Below are positions 18,007-27,848 of a stretch of DNA of 64,000 nucleotides, piece by piece. The stretch's first letter is position 1. Every line of letters starts with the position of its first letter. The notes under the pieces were generated by a model. That model was given only the letters and a program-made list of their open reading frames with translations. It was not told where the DNA came from and did no database searches. A program made the position numbers and the translations under genes. Origin of the DNA: an uncultured Actinomycetes bacterium (GTDB lineage: Bacteria > Actinomycetota > UBA4738 > HRBIN12); contig CAVPIB010000004.1 of the NCBI GenBank assembly GCA_963704885.1, positions 999,261-1,063,260 of the forward strand, in the 5' to 3' direction.

Positions 18007-18797
18007 CGACAGCGGAGATCGGGGTCTTCGGTGGATCGGGGTTCACCGAGTTCCTGGAAGAGACCGAGACCGTGGACGTGGACACGCCGTACGGGAAGCC
18101 GTCGGCGCCTCCGGTGATCGGCGAAGTCGGCGGCCGCCGCGTGGCCTTCATCCCGCGACACGGCCTGAAGCATGAGTTCCCGCCTCATCGCGTGCCCTAC
18201 CAGGCCAACGTCTGGGCCATGAAAGAGCTCGGGGTAACGCGGCTGCTCGGCCCGAACGCCTGCGGGTCGCTCCAGGCGAACGTGAAGCCCGGCGAGTTCG
18301 TGATCTGCGATCAGCTGGTCGACCGCACGCGCGACCGTCCGAACACGTTCTACGACGGGCCGGTCACCACCCACATCTCGTTCGCCGATCCGTACTGCCC
18401 GACCATGCGCGGCGCCACGATCGCGGCCGGACGCGAGATCGGTATCCCTTTGCACGAGCGCGGGACCGTTGTCGTGATCGAAGGGCCCAGGTTCTCCACC
18501 CGCGCCGAATCGGAGTGGTTCGCCTCGGTGGGATGGGAGGTCATCAACATGACGCAGTACCCCGAGTCGATCCTGGCGCGCGAGCTGGAGCTCTGCTACG
18601 CCAACATCTCGCTGATCACCGACTACGACGTGGGCGTGGAGGGCGTCCCCCCGGTGACGAACGACGAGGTGGTGCGGGTGTTCAACGAGAACAACGACAA
18701 GCTCCGCGGATTGTTGTTCGCGACGATCCCGGCCCTGCCCGACGAGCGAGACTGCCCCTGCCCCACGGCGTTGCAGGGCGCGAGCTTCGAGGCATAG
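18003..18797 (+). CDS. mtnP: S-methyl-5'-thioadenosine phosphorylase
   Basis: GTG start overlapping the FmdB stop (GTGA). GVFGGSGF and PNP/MTAP family motifs throughout. Confidence 0.88.
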   Translation: MTTAEIGVFGGSGFTEFLEETETVDVDTPYGKPSAPPVIGEVGGRRVAFIPRHGLKHEFPPHRVPYQANVWAMKELGVTRLLGPNACGSLQANVKPGEFVICDQLVDRTRDRPNTFYDGPVTTHISFADPYCPTMRGATIAAGREIGIPLHERGTVVVIEGPRFSTRAESEWFASVGWEVINMTQYPESILARELELCYANISLITDYDVGVEGVPPVTNDEVVRVFNENNDKLRGLLFATIPALPDERDCPCPTALQGASFEA

Positions 18798-18800
18798 TCC

Positions 18801-18980
18801 ATGGCCGACCGGGTGCTGGTCTCGGTGGAGATGCGCTTCAAGACCGAGGCCGACGCGCGAGCGCTCGGCGATCGGATCGAGGAGGCGGTGCGGCAGATCG
18901 TGGGCCGCGAGGCGCTGGAGGAGTTCCGGGTACGAACCTTGCCTCTGTCCCAGAAGAAAGGCCCGCGCCCGGTCGAGTGA
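18801..18980 (+). CDS. possible small protein (59 aa), hypothetical
   Basis: The ATG lies 4 nt after the mtnP stop. The frame is open with high GC3. It falls below the 60-aa cutoff of the track. Confidence 0.3.
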   Translation: MADRVLVSVEMRFKTEADARALGDRIEEAVRQIVGREALEEFRVRTLPLSQKKGPRPVE

Positions 18981-19050
18981 TCTTGGGGAAACGTCGCCGG
19001 TCGTGACCGTCGTCACGGTAGGGACGGCGCCCATGTGCGAACGTCCCGAC

Positions 19051-19725
19051 ATGTTCCGTCGACGCTGGCCGATCGCCTCGAAGATCCTGATGGTTCTCGC
19101 GGTCCTGCTTGGATCGCTGGCTTTCGTGTTGGTGCGCGGATATCAGGACCGTGTGGAGGCGCTCCGCCCGGCGGTGGGTCCGATGGTGCCGGTCGCGGTG
19201 GCTGCTTCGGATCTGGCTCGTGGATCGGTCCTGAGCGAGGCGATGCTGGAGACGTCTTCTATGCCCGAGTCGTTCGTTCCACCTGGTGCCGTGGCGTCGC
19301 CCGCCGCGGCAGCCGGTCGTGTGCTCACGGCCGACATCGCGGCGGGCGAGGTGCTGACAGCGTCGCGACTCTCCGTCCCGGAGGCTGGCCCGATCGCGGC
19401 TCTGGTTCCCGAGGGTCTTCGCGCCATGGTGATCACGGCGCCGCTGCCCACGAACGCGCTGCGCGCCGGCGACCACGTCGACGTGTACGCGACCTACGGC
19501 GGCGGCCGCCCTCACACGGAACTGGCGGCAAGCGCGCTCGAGGTCCTGCGGGTCATCGCCGGCTCGTCGGGTAGCGGCGGGATCGCGGGAACCACGTCAG
19601 GTGCGGACGGCATCACGTTGGTCTTGTTGGTGGACGAAGCCACCGCGTCGCGTCTCGCCTACGCACGCTCGTTCGCGCAGCTGTCGGTCGCGATCCTCGC
19701 TCCCGGGCCCGCGACAGGAACGTGA
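19051..19725 (+). CDS. CpaB/RcpC-like SAF-domain protein (Flp pilus assembly CpaB family), stand-alone
   Basis: N-terminal RRRW + TM (ILMVLAVLLGSLAFVLV), then an SAF-like region ...DLARGSVLSEAML... The start was chosen at the MFRRRW Met. The ORF extends to 19003. Confidence 0.65.
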   Translation: MFRRRWPIASKILMVLAVLLGSLAFVLVRGYQDRVEALRPAVGPMVPVAVAASDLARGSVLSEAMLETSSMPESFVPPGAVASPAAAAGRVLTADIAAGEVLTASRLSVPEAGPIAALVPEGLRAMVITAPLPTNALRAGDHVDVYATYGGGRPHTELAASALEVLRVIAGSSGSGGIAGTTSGADGITLVLLVDEATASRLAYARSFAQLSVAILAPGPATGT

Positions 19726-19810
19726 TAGTCCCCAGCCGTTCGCCGCGTGGCGCACAGGAAGGCGCCCGCTAGCATGGGCCGGACCTTCCGCCGGAAAGGA
19801 CCAGCTCCCC

Positions 19811-20650
19811 GTGACGATCTTCCAGGCCATCGTGCTCGGCATCACCCAGGGTGCCACCGAGTTCGCGCCTATCTCCAGCTCCGGACACCTGATCTTGGTG
19901 CCCTGGCTCTTCAACTGGTCGATCGTCAGCGACGTGGCGCTGAACAAGACGTTCGATGTGGCGCTGCACGTGGGAACGCTGGTCGGAGCTGTCGCGTACT
20001 TCCGGAAGGACCTGTGGCGTTACCTGCTCGCGTGGATCGTCTCGATCCGGCACCGTTCGATCCAGACGCAGGATCAACGGCTGGCGTGGGCGCTCGTTGT
20101 CGGCACGATCCCGGGTGCCCTGGTCGGTGCCGTCTTCGAGGGCCCCATCCAGGAGCACCTGGGCGAGCCCCTCCTGATCGCGGTGATGCTCGCCGTGTTC
20201 GGCGTTGTGCTGTGGTGGGTCGACGCGCGGTCACCGTCCGACCGCGGCATGAACTCGATCGGCGTGAAGACCGGGCTCGGTCTCGGCGTGGTGCAAGCGG
20301 TGGCGCTTCAGCCGGGGGTCTCACGCTCGGGCATAACGATGACGGCCGCGCGCTGGATCGGGATCGACCGTGAGTCGGCCGCTCGGTTCTCGTTCCTGCT
20401 GGCCATCCCGATCATCGCGGGCGCGGGTCTCTACAAGGGCCTAGATCTGTTCGAGACGGGGTTCCAGGGCTACGCCAGCGAGTTCTTCTGGGGGTTCGTC
20501 TCGTCGGCGGTCAGCGGGTACGTGGTGATCTGGGGCCTGCTCGGCTATCTGCGCCGGCACACGTTCAAGGCGTTCATGTACTACCGGTTGGCCGTGGCTG
20601 GACTGGTGTTCGCACTCATCGCCACGGGAGCCCGCTCCGCCACCGTCTAG
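19811..20650 (+). CDS. uppP: undecaprenyl-diphosphate phosphatase
   Basis: GTG start; VTIFQAIVLGITQGATEFAPISSSGHL and a later SRSG motif. 279 aa. Confidence 0.9.
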   Translation: MTIFQAIVLGITQGATEFAPISSSGHLILVPWLFNWSIVSDVALNKTFDVALHVGTLVGAVAYFRKDLWRYLLAWIVSIRHRSIQTQDQRLAWALVVGTIPGALVGAVFEGPIQEHLGEPLLIAVMLAVFGVVLWWVDARSPSDRGMNSIGVKTGLGLGVVQAVALQPGVSRSGITMTAARWIGIDRESAARFSFLLAIPIIAGAGLYKGLDLFETGFQGYASEFFWGFVSSAVSGYVVIWGLLGYLRRHTFKAFMYYRLAVAGLVFALIATGARSATV

Positions 20651-20713
20651 TCTGAACTGGACTAGCTCCGGGGCGTCGGCGCGCCGGGCGCCCGTAAGGG
20701 GTTCGCAACATCC

Positions 20714-21412
20714 GTGCTCCATCATGGTTGGATGAGCGACGTGCGCGTCCTGGTGGTCGACGACGAACCGATGGTGCGCGAGGTACTGGAGCGGTACCTC
20801 CGCAAGGAGGGCTTCGACGTCAGCACGGCCGAGGACGGCCCCGAGGCCCTGGCGACGTTCGCGTCGGACGAGCCGGACCTGGTGCTGCTCGACCTGATGC
20901 TGCCGCAGATCGACGGCTACGAGGTGTTCCGTCGGATGCGCGCCACCGCCGAGACACCCGTGATCATGCTCACCGCCCGCGGCGAGGAGACCGATCGAGT
21001 GGTGGGATTGGAGCTGGGCGCCGACGACTACGTGACCAAGCCGTTCTCCCCACGCGAGGTCGTGGCCCGTGTCCGCGCGGTCCTTCGGCGCACCGGGCAA
21101 CCGGCGGTCGCCGGTCGCCTGGACTTCGGCGACCTGCAGATCGACACCGATCGGCGTGAGGTCCGGCTGGCCGAGAGTTCGATCCACCTGACCCGCAAGG
21201 AATTCGACCTGCTCGCCTATCTTGCTGCTCGCCCCGGGGTGACGTTCACGCGCAGCCAGCTGCTCGAGGACCTGTGGGACTGGGCGTGGGACGGGGACAC
21301 GGCCACCGTCACCGTTCACATCCGCCGGCTGCGCGAGAAGATCGAGGCCGACCCCTCCCAGCCCGAGCGACTTATCACCGTCTGGGGCGTGGGGTACAGG
21401 TTCGAACCATGA
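20714..21412 (+). CDS. OmpR-family response regulator
   Basis: Receiver domain (VLVVDDE...D...K) and a winged-helix C-terminus ...LTRKEFDLLAYLA...VWGVGYRF. The start may be at MSDVRV (20732). Confidence 0.9.
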   Translation: MLHHGWMSDVRVLVVDDEPMVREVLERYLRKEGFDVSTAEDGPEALATFASDEPDLVLLDLMLPQIDGYEVFRRMRATAETPVIMLTARGEETDRVVGLELGADDYVTKPFSPREVVARVRAVLRRTGQPAVAGRLDFGDLQIDTDRREVRLAESSIHLTRKEFDLLAYLAARPGVTFTRSQLLEDLWDWAWDGDTATVTVHIRRLREKIEADPSQPERLITVWGVGYRFEP

Positions 21413-22614
21413 CCACGTGGAGGACCTTCGCGCTTGTGGTCGCCGTGGCCGCGGCCGGAGCCGCGGGAACAGCGGTCGTGGCCGTGGCGTTCGGCATGCC
21501 CCAGAGCGACATCGTCCATCTGCTCTGGCTGATCCTGCCTGCAGCGGCGGTTACGGTGGTGGCCGCCTTCGCCGCCAAGCCCCTGCTGCGGCGCGCATCG
21601 CTCCGACAGCGGTTCGTCGCGGTGGCGCTGGTGGCCGCGGCGGTGGCGCTCGCCAACGTGGCGGTCCTCACCCGGCAGATGTTCGTGAGCGCGCACGACG
21701 CCACGACCCTGGCCGTGCTCCTGGTGTTCGGGTTGGGCGCCGGCGTGGCGGCTGCGCTCGTGGTCGCGCGCTCGGCCTCGGCGTCGCTCGACCGTCTGGA
21801 CGCGACCGCTCACGCCCTGGGCGAGGGACGCTTGGACGCACGCGCGGGCACGCTCGACGCCGGGCCCGAGCTCGACACGCTCGCACGAACCCTCGACGAG
21901 ATGGCCGAACGGCTTCAGGTGGCGCAGGTGCGCGAGCGCGAGGCGGAGTCCATGAGGCGCGACCTGATAACCACGGTTTCCCACGACCTGCGGACCCCGC
22001 TCGCCAGCCTTCGGGCAATGATCGAGGCGGTGGACGACGGCGTGGTCACCGACGCCCCCAGCCTGCAGCGGTACTCGCGCGAGATGCGCCGCTCGGTCGA
22101 TCAGCTGGTGACCATGGTCGACGACCTGTTCGAGCTAACCCAATTGGATGCGGTCGCGATCGAGACCGAAACCCGGCGGGCACGCCTGGAGGACATCGTC
22201 CGCTCGGCGGTGGCCGCCGTTGAGGGCCAGGCGGGTGAGAAGGGACTGTCGCTGGTGGCAGACCTTGGCGACGCGGGCGAGACCGCATGTTCGCCTCGTC
22301 TGGTGCGAGTCCTGCAGAACCTGCTCGCGAACGCGGTCCGCCACACCCCTGCCGATGGGTCGGTCAGCATCACCGCCGTGCGTGACCACGCCACCGTTCG
22401 GGTCGCGGTGGTCGACACCGGCGAGGGTATAGCGCAGGACGACCTGGACCGGGTCTTCGATCCGTTCTTCCGGGCGGACCCGTCACGCACCGGAGGCGGG
22501 GCCGGCTTGGGACTGGCATTGGCCAAGCGGATCGTGGAGGCGATGGGCGGCAGGATCAGCGTGGAGAGCGCGGTCGCGTCGGGCTCGCGGTTCGCCGTGG
22601 AGCTACCGCTCTAG
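21409..22614 (+). CDS. sensor histidine kinase, intramembrane-sensing type (TM segments, HAMP, HisKA, HATPase)
   Basis: The ATG overlaps the response-regulator stop (ATGA). H-box TVSHDLRTPLASL and G-boxes are present. The N-terminus has several TM helices with almost no extracytoplasmic loop. Confidence 0.9.
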   Translation: MTTWRTFALVVAVAAAGAAGTAVVAVAFGMPQSDIVHLLWLILPAAAVTVVAAFAAKPLLRRASLRQRFVAVALVAAAVALANVAVLTRQMFVSAHDATTLAVLLVFGLGAGVAAALVVARSASASLDRLDATAHALGEGRLDARAGTLDAGPELDTLARTLDEMAERLQVAQVREREAESMRRDLITTVSHDLRTPLASLRAMIEAVDDGVVTDAPSLQRYSREMRRSVDQLVTMVDDLFELTQLDAVAIETETRRARLEDIVRSAVAAVEGQAGEKGLSLVADLGDAGETACSPRLVRVLQNLLANAVRHTPADGSVSITAVRDHATVRVAVVDTGEGIAQDDLDRVFDPFFRADPSRTGGGAGLGLALAKRIVEAMGGRISVESAVASGSRFAVELPL

Positions 22615-23141
22615 AGCGGCGCAACCCCGAACCCGACCGAGAACCGGCGGCACCAGATCACGGCGCTGCGGATCGACGCGATGTCGACGCCGGCCGGGAT
22701 CTCGTAGTTCTGGCTCCCCTGGTTCCCCTTCAGTCCGCCCAGGTCGATCGGGGCGACGCCGAACGCGGCCTCGTCGCCGTCGGCCGGCGCGATCGACAGG
22801 TACACGCGCAGGTCCGGGCCGTCGAGCGTGTCCAGATCATCGATCCGAAGGATGAAGCTCCCGTCGTCCAACTCCACGATCCTCGCGGAACCGGTGGTCT
22901 CGTGGGCCAGCCCGGTGAACGACCCCCCGCTCTGCCCAGCATCGTCCGCGGGGACCGTGCTCGCCGAGGGCAGCGCCTCGTCGACCCGCCGGTCGAACAG
23001 CAACGCCTGCGGACCGAACCAGTAGATGCCGAAGCCGATGGCGGCCAGCAGGGAAAGCGCGACGACGACTGAGAGTCCCTTCCTGCGCCGGATGACCTCC
23101 GTGATCTGCACGACTTCACTCTGGCAGGCGGACCTTTCCAA
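22611..23141 (-). CDS. DM13-domain protein (membrane-anchored or secreted, unknown function)
   Basis: N-terminal TM/signal segment, then GSFTGLAHETTGSARIVELDDGSFILRIDDLDTLDGPDLRVYL, typical of the DM13 domain. Confidence 0.6.
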   Translation of the reverse strand: MERSACQSEVVQITEVIRRRKGLSVVVALSLLAAIGFGIYWFGPQALLFDRRVDEALPSASTVPADDAGQSGGSFTGLAHETTGSARIVELDDGSFILRIDDLDTLDGPDLRVYLSIAPADGDEAAFGVAPIDLGGLKGNQGSQNYEIPAGVDIASIRSAVIWCRRFSVGFGVAPL

Positions 23142-23175
23142 CCTCGAACGGAACCCGCATCGAGGTGAAACTTCC

Positions 23176-24519
23176 CTACACGCCCGCTAGCGTCATCTCC
23201 CCGATCAGGAGCGAAGGGGTTCCGACCGAGGAGAAGAAGCGGAGGTCGCTACCCACACCCGTGATGCCGGCGAGCATCTCGGGCAGCGTGGAGGCAACCG
23301 TCATCTCGCGCAGCGGCTCGCCCAACGCCCCGCCGGCGATCCGAAGCCCGGTCGCCCCCACCGAGAACTCGCCGCTGATCGGGTTGGCGCCGGAATGAAC
23401 GCCGGAGACGTCCTGGATCAGGACGCCACCCTCCGCGCGCTGCAACAACTGATCGAACGACAGCTCGCCCGCCTCCACGTAGAAGTTCGAGGTGCCCACC
23501 CCGGGAGCGGACTTGTAGCCGCCGCGCTTTGCGTTGCCCGTGGAGGCCGTGCCCTCTCCCGTACGGCTGGCCGTATACGTGTTGTGCAGGAAGCCGTTCA
23601 ACGTCCCTCGCGTGAACAGCTCCGTCCGTCCGCTGGGCACGCCCTCGTCGTCGAACGGCGAGGCGGCCGGGCCAGCGGTGATCGTGCCGTCGTCCACGAG
23701 CGTGAACAGCTCAGAGCCCACCTGCCGTCCGGCCATAGTCGCGAACAGCGAACGGCCCTTGAGCACCGCCTCCGCCGAGAGCGCCCCGGCCAGCACACCC
23801 AGGAACGACATCGCGGCGAACTGATCGAGCACCACCGGCACCTTCACGGTGGTCGGCTTCGTGGCGCCCAGCATGCGGACCGAACGCGCGACGGCCTCGT
23901 CGGCGATCGCCTCCGGATCGAGCTCGTCGATACCACGGGAGATCGAGAACGAGAACCCGGTCTGCGTCTCGTCGCCTTCGACCGCGAGCGCCACCGCGAC
24001 GCACCAGGCGTCGGTGCGCGCGTACTCGGCCTGAACACCGGTCGTGGAAGCGATCGCCACCCGCGACACCGCGTCTCCGATCTGCGCGGCGTCGATCTTG
24101 CTCACCCGTGGATCGATCGAGACCGTCCGCCGTTCCAGGTCGAGCGCCAGCTGCACCTTGCGATCGGTAGCGATGTTCGCCTGATCTTCGCGATACAGCC
24201 CCTCGATCGACACTGCCGGCTGGGCGGCCGGCAATAGGTTGAACTCGTCGGGCTCTGCGAGCGAGGCGTTCACTCGTGCGCTTTCGACCGCCGCGCGCAC
24301 CTCGTCCGCCGTGGGATCGGCCGCGTAGGCGTATCCCAGCCGCCCGTCCGCGATCAGACGCACACCCACCCCGCGCGACTCCGCGAACGTCAGTCCTTCG
24401 ATCTCGCCGCGGAGCGCGCTAGCCTCGGTGTGGCGCGACTCCTCCGCGTAGGCCTCCACCGCCTCCTCGTCGCGAGCACCTTCGATCGCCACCCGGCACA
24501 GTTCGGCCAGATCAGGCAC
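23176..24519 (-). CDS. pmbA: TldE/PmbA-family metalloprotease subunit
   Basis: PmbA_TldD fold motifs throughout. The start was taken at the GTG (VPDLAELCRV) 8 nt inside the tldD 3' end. The track ORF's ATG at 24627 would overlap tldD by 115 nt. Confidence 0.75.
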   Translation of the reverse strand: MPDLAELCRVAIEGARDEEAVEAYAEESRHTEASALRGEIEGLTFAESRGVGVRLIADGRLGYAYAADPTADEVRAAVESARVNASLAEPDEFNLLPAAQPAVSIEGLYREDQANIATDRKVQLALDLERRTVSIDPRVSKIDAAQIGDAVSRVAIASTTGVQAEYARTDAWCVAVALAVEGDETQTGFSFSISRGIDELDPEAIADEAVARSVRMLGATKPTTVKVPVVLDQFAAMSFLGVLAGALSAEAVLKGRSLFATMAGRQVGSELFTLVDDGTITAGPAASPFDDEGVPSGRTELFTRGTLNGFLHNTYTASRTGEGTASTGNAKRGGYKSAPGVGTSNFYVEAGELSFDQLLQRAEGGVLIQDVSGVHSGANPISGEFSVGATGLRIAGGALGEPLREMTVASTLPEMLAGITGVGSDLRFFSSVGTPSLLIGEMTLAGV

Positions 24520-25897
24520 CGGTGCCCCCGACCGTGAGCCTGCTGATGCGCAGGGTGGGCGAGCCGCTTCCCACGGGCGCCGACTGACCGTCCTTGCCGC
24601 ACACGCCTTCCCAGGTGTCGAAGTCACCGGCCACGGCGTCCACGGCGCTCATCACGTCGATCGCTCGTCCGATCAGGTTGGCCCCGCGCACCGGCGTGGT
24701 CACCTCACCGTTCTCGATGAGGAACCCCTCGGATACACCGAACACGAAGTCTCCCGTGGCCGGGTTGGTCTGGCCGCCCCCGAGCGAGGTGACGTACACG
24801 CCGCGCTCCGTGGAGGACAGGATCTCGGCCGCGTCCGCGCTCCCGTTCAAGATGTTCGTGTTGGTCATGCGGGGGATCGGCGGCGACGCGTAGGACTGCC
24901 GCCGTCCGTTCCCGGTGGGTGGCAACCCGTCCTTGTCGGCGTGCATCCGGTCGTACAACAGCCCCTGCAGCACCCCACCCTCGAACAGGGAGGTCCGCTG
25001 CGATGGCGTTCCCTCGTCATCGAACGCGTAGGACCCCCAGCCGTTGGGGATGGAGGCGTCGTCCACGCCGTCGATCAGCTCGGACGCGCAGCGTTCGCCG
25101 ATCAGACCGCGATACACGCTCGCCTCTTTGTCGATCGCGTCCGACTCGAGCGGATGCCCGACCGCCTCGTGGAAGAGCACCCCGCCCATCCCCGGGGCGA
25201 GCACCACGGTCATCTCCCCCGCTGGAGCAGGGATGGAGTCCAGCATGGTGACCGCCCTGCGGGCCGCGGTCTCGGCGGTGTCACGCGGTGGATGCCGATC
25301 CACGAACTCCACTCCGCTGCACGCGGCGGGACCGTGGAAGCCTGTCTGGATGTTCCCGTCGCGCGCGGCCACCACCTGGGCCACCAGGCGTATCCGGGGA
25401 CGCGACTCCTCGACCCACCGACCGTCGGATGTGGCGATCAGCACGCGCTGGAGGGAGTCCCCGTAGATGCCGACCACCTGTGTGACCTCGGGGCTGAACG
25501 ATCGAGCGGCGTCGTCGACCTGTCGGAGCCAGGCCACCTTCTCGGCGGCCGGCACGCTGTCCGCCGCGCGCTCGACGGTGTTCACGACCGACCCTGAACC
25601 CCCTCGCAGATCCACGACGCCGCCGCTCTCGCCCTCAGGGAGAGCGGCGCTCGCCGCCTCGGCCGCTGCCAGGAGGGCCTCGCGGTCCAGCCTGTTCGAG
25701 TAGGCGTAGCCGTAGGAGGTGCCGAGGCAGACCCTCACGCCCGCGCCCCGGTCCAGTCCGGTCGTAAGCTCCTCGACCTTCCCGTCGTCCAGACGGATCG
25801 ACGTGGACGTCTTCTCCTCCACGAACACCTCGGCGAACGAGCCTCCTCGCCGTCGAGCGACGCGCAGCACCTCTTGCACGAGTAGCGGATCCAGCAT
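24512..25897 (-). CDS. tldD: TldD-family metalloprotease
   Basis: HEAVGH zinc motif and the C-terminal GxC...GxP signature. The start was chosen at MLDPLLVQEVL (ATG at 25897). Confidence 0.85.
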   Translation of the reverse strand: MLDPLLVQEVLRVARRRGGSFAEVFVEEKTSTSIRLDDGKVEELTTGLDRGAGVRVCLGTSYGYAYSNRLDREALLAAAEAASAALPEGESGGVVDLRGGSGSVVNTVERAADSVPAAEKVAWLRQVDDAARSFSPEVTQVVGIYGDSLQRVLIATSDGRWVEESRPRIRLVAQVVAARDGNIQTGFHGPAACSGVEFVDRHPPRDTAETAARRAVTMLDSIPAPAGEMTVVLAPGMGGVLFHEAVGHPLESDAIDKEASVYRGLIGERCASELIDGVDDASIPNGWGSYAFDDEGTPSQRTSLFEGGVLQGLLYDRMHADKDGLPPTGNGRRQSYASPPIPRMTNTNILNGSADAAEILSSTERGVYVTSLGGGQTNPATGDFVFGVSEGFLIENGEVTTPVRGANLIGRAIDVMSAVDAVAGDFDTWEGVCGKDGQSAPVGSGSPTLRISRLTVGGTGA

Positions 25898-25946
25898 GGG
25901 CAGGAGGCTACCAACGTACCCGGACCACGCCGGGTGGTGACCGCAG

Positions 25947-27848
25947 GTGCCGCCGACACGTGCGCTACAGTCAGCCGCCATGGAGGGGTCCGGGTCTGCG
26001 CGCCCCGCGAGGGAGCTGGCGTGGCTCGCGGGCGTCGGGCTCGCCGTCATGGCCGTGTTGCTGGCTCCGACCGTCCGCCACGGCTACCGGTTCGCGTTGG
26101 GGCCCGACACTCCCGTGTACCTGTGGTGGACGCGCGTCGGCGCCTCCCAGGGGCTCTCCGTGGTCGGTCAACGACCTGGTAGCCCCGCGCTGATCGCCGT
26201 CCTGTCGGGAGTCCTACACGTGCCGATCTCCGCGGTGACGGCGGGACTCGAGGCTGCGCTCGGATGCGCGACGGCCGTCGCCACCGCGATGCTGGTTAGG
26301 GCCGCTGCGGCGATGGGCGGCGAGCGCCGTGGAGCCCGGGCCGCTTGGGTCCTGGCCGGCGTCCTCACAGGCCTGTTCACGATCCACCTGGCCAGCGGCT
26401 ACCTGGCCAACCTGGCGTTCGCTGCACCTTTCGTTGGGGCGACCGTGTGTCTGGCCCTGGGCACGAGGCGCTCGGCCGTGGCCGGTGCCCTGCTGCTCGG
26501 CGGCGGGGGACTCGCCCACCCGCAGTTCTTCCTGGTGGGCGCCATCGTTCTCGTGGCGGTGGCGCTCTGGTCGCTCATCCGACGGGAGGGCCGATCGGGA
26601 GATGCGGTGAACGTGGCGCTCGCCACGCTCGGCGGAGGCGCGGTCGTGGGCGCCGGTCTCCTGTCGATGTCTATCGGACCGTCGCTGTTGGCGGTCGACA
26701 CCTCGCGGGACGGATTCCTGCGGCGCGCCGGGATGACCGCCACCGTGCAACAGGCGTACCTGGACAGGTTCCGCTTCCGATGGGCGAGATACGTTCAATG
26801 GCTGGCCCTGCCGCTCGCCGTGCTGGGCTCCATGCGAACCAGCGGGTTCGCGCGGCGCATCCTGGTGTCCTGGACCGCGTTGGTGGTGATCGGCGCACCG
26901 GTCGGCCTGCTGACCGGCTGGTACCCGCCGGATCGGCTCATCACGTTCGGCTTCTCGGTCCCGGCGCTCGCAGGGGTCGGAGTGGTAGCCGTGTGGCTGT
27001 GGCTCTCGCGGCGGAGATGGCTGGCGGCCGTCGTTGCCGCCACGCTGTTCGGACTCATGGCCGCCGGAGCACTGATCGCCTGGAACCGCCAGCTCCCATA
27101 CATCTCTCGCACCGAGGTCGAACAGGTGACGATGGCGGCGCGCATCGCCCGGGCCTCCGCGCCCGACGCGCCGATGGTCTTCGTCATGGACGATCGCGAA
27201 GGGAGCGCCTCGTTCCTGGCTACCAGGGCCGCGAACGTGATCCGCGCGGCCGTCCCGCCCGATCGCGCTGCGGACGTGTACGTCTACGTCGGGAACCCCT
27301 CGAACCTGGCCGAGGGTGAGCCGACCGTTCGCGGACTGCCGGAGCACGACGCCCTCTCGCGCCTGTACCTCTCCGATATCCCGCAGGGGCCGAACACGGT
27401 CTTCTGGCTGAGCGCGTTCAACACTGGGATCACCTCGGACGGAGCCGATCTGTACACGTGGGGTGGCGGCGTGTCGTCCTCCGTGGCGCCCGGCGACGTG
27501 GGGACCCGGTTCGCGCCCGCCCGTGAACCTCTTCGGCCGTCCTCGGCCGGGCAGATCGTTCTGACCGCCTTCGCGATCCTCGGCCTCTGTGGCGTGGTCG
27601 GGTTCGGGTGGGCGCGCTGGACCGGGCTGGACGCGGTCGCCGCCGCGGCGATCGCCCCGGCGTTCGGCGTGGCCACGCTCGCTCTGTTGGGCGTGGCGAT
27701 GGAGAGGTTCGGCCTACCGCTCTCCGGCGCCGGCGGCCCGGCGATCGTCGCGATCCTCGCCGGTGCCCCCGGCTACGGTCTTTCGATCCTGCAGCGGCCG
27801 CCCGCCGCGCCACCGGCGCCATCCGTCGAGCAACAGCCATCCGAGTAG
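25947..27848 (+). CDS. large polytopic membrane protein, hypothetical (possible cell-envelope glycosyltransferase-like)
   Basis: 633 aa, with more than 10 hydrophobic helices and an Ala/Gly/Leu-rich composition. No catalytic motif was recognised. Confidence 0.6.
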   Translation: MPPTRALQSAAMEGSGSARPARELAWLAGVGLAVMAVLLAPTVRHGYRFALGPDTPVYLWWTRVGASQGLSVVGQRPGSPALIAVLSGVLHVPISAVTAGLEAALGCATAVATAMLVRAAAAMGGERRGARAAWVLAGVLTGLFTIHLASGYLANLAFAAPFVGATVCLALGTRRSAVAGALLLGGGGLAHPQFFLVGAIVLVAVALWSLIRREGRSGDAVNVALATLGGGAVVGAGLLSMSIGPSLLAVDTSRDGFLRRAGMTATVQQAYLDRFRFRWARYVQWLALPLAVLGSMRTSGFARRILVSWTALVVIGAPVGLLTGWYPPDRLITFGFSVPALAGVGVVAVWLWLSRRRWLAAVVAATLFGLMAAGALIAWNRQLPYISRTEVEQVTMAARIARASAPDAPMVFVMDDREGSASFLATRAANVIRAAVPPDRAADVYVYVGNPSNLAEGEPTVRGLPEHDALSRLYLSDIPQGPNTVFWLSAFNTGITSDGADLYTWGGGVSSSVAPGDVGTRFAPAREPLRPSSAGQIVLTAFAILGLCGVVGFGWARWTGLDAVAAAAIAPAFGVATLALLGVAMERFGLPLSGAGGPAIVAILAGAPGYGLSILQRPPAAPPAPSVEQQPSE

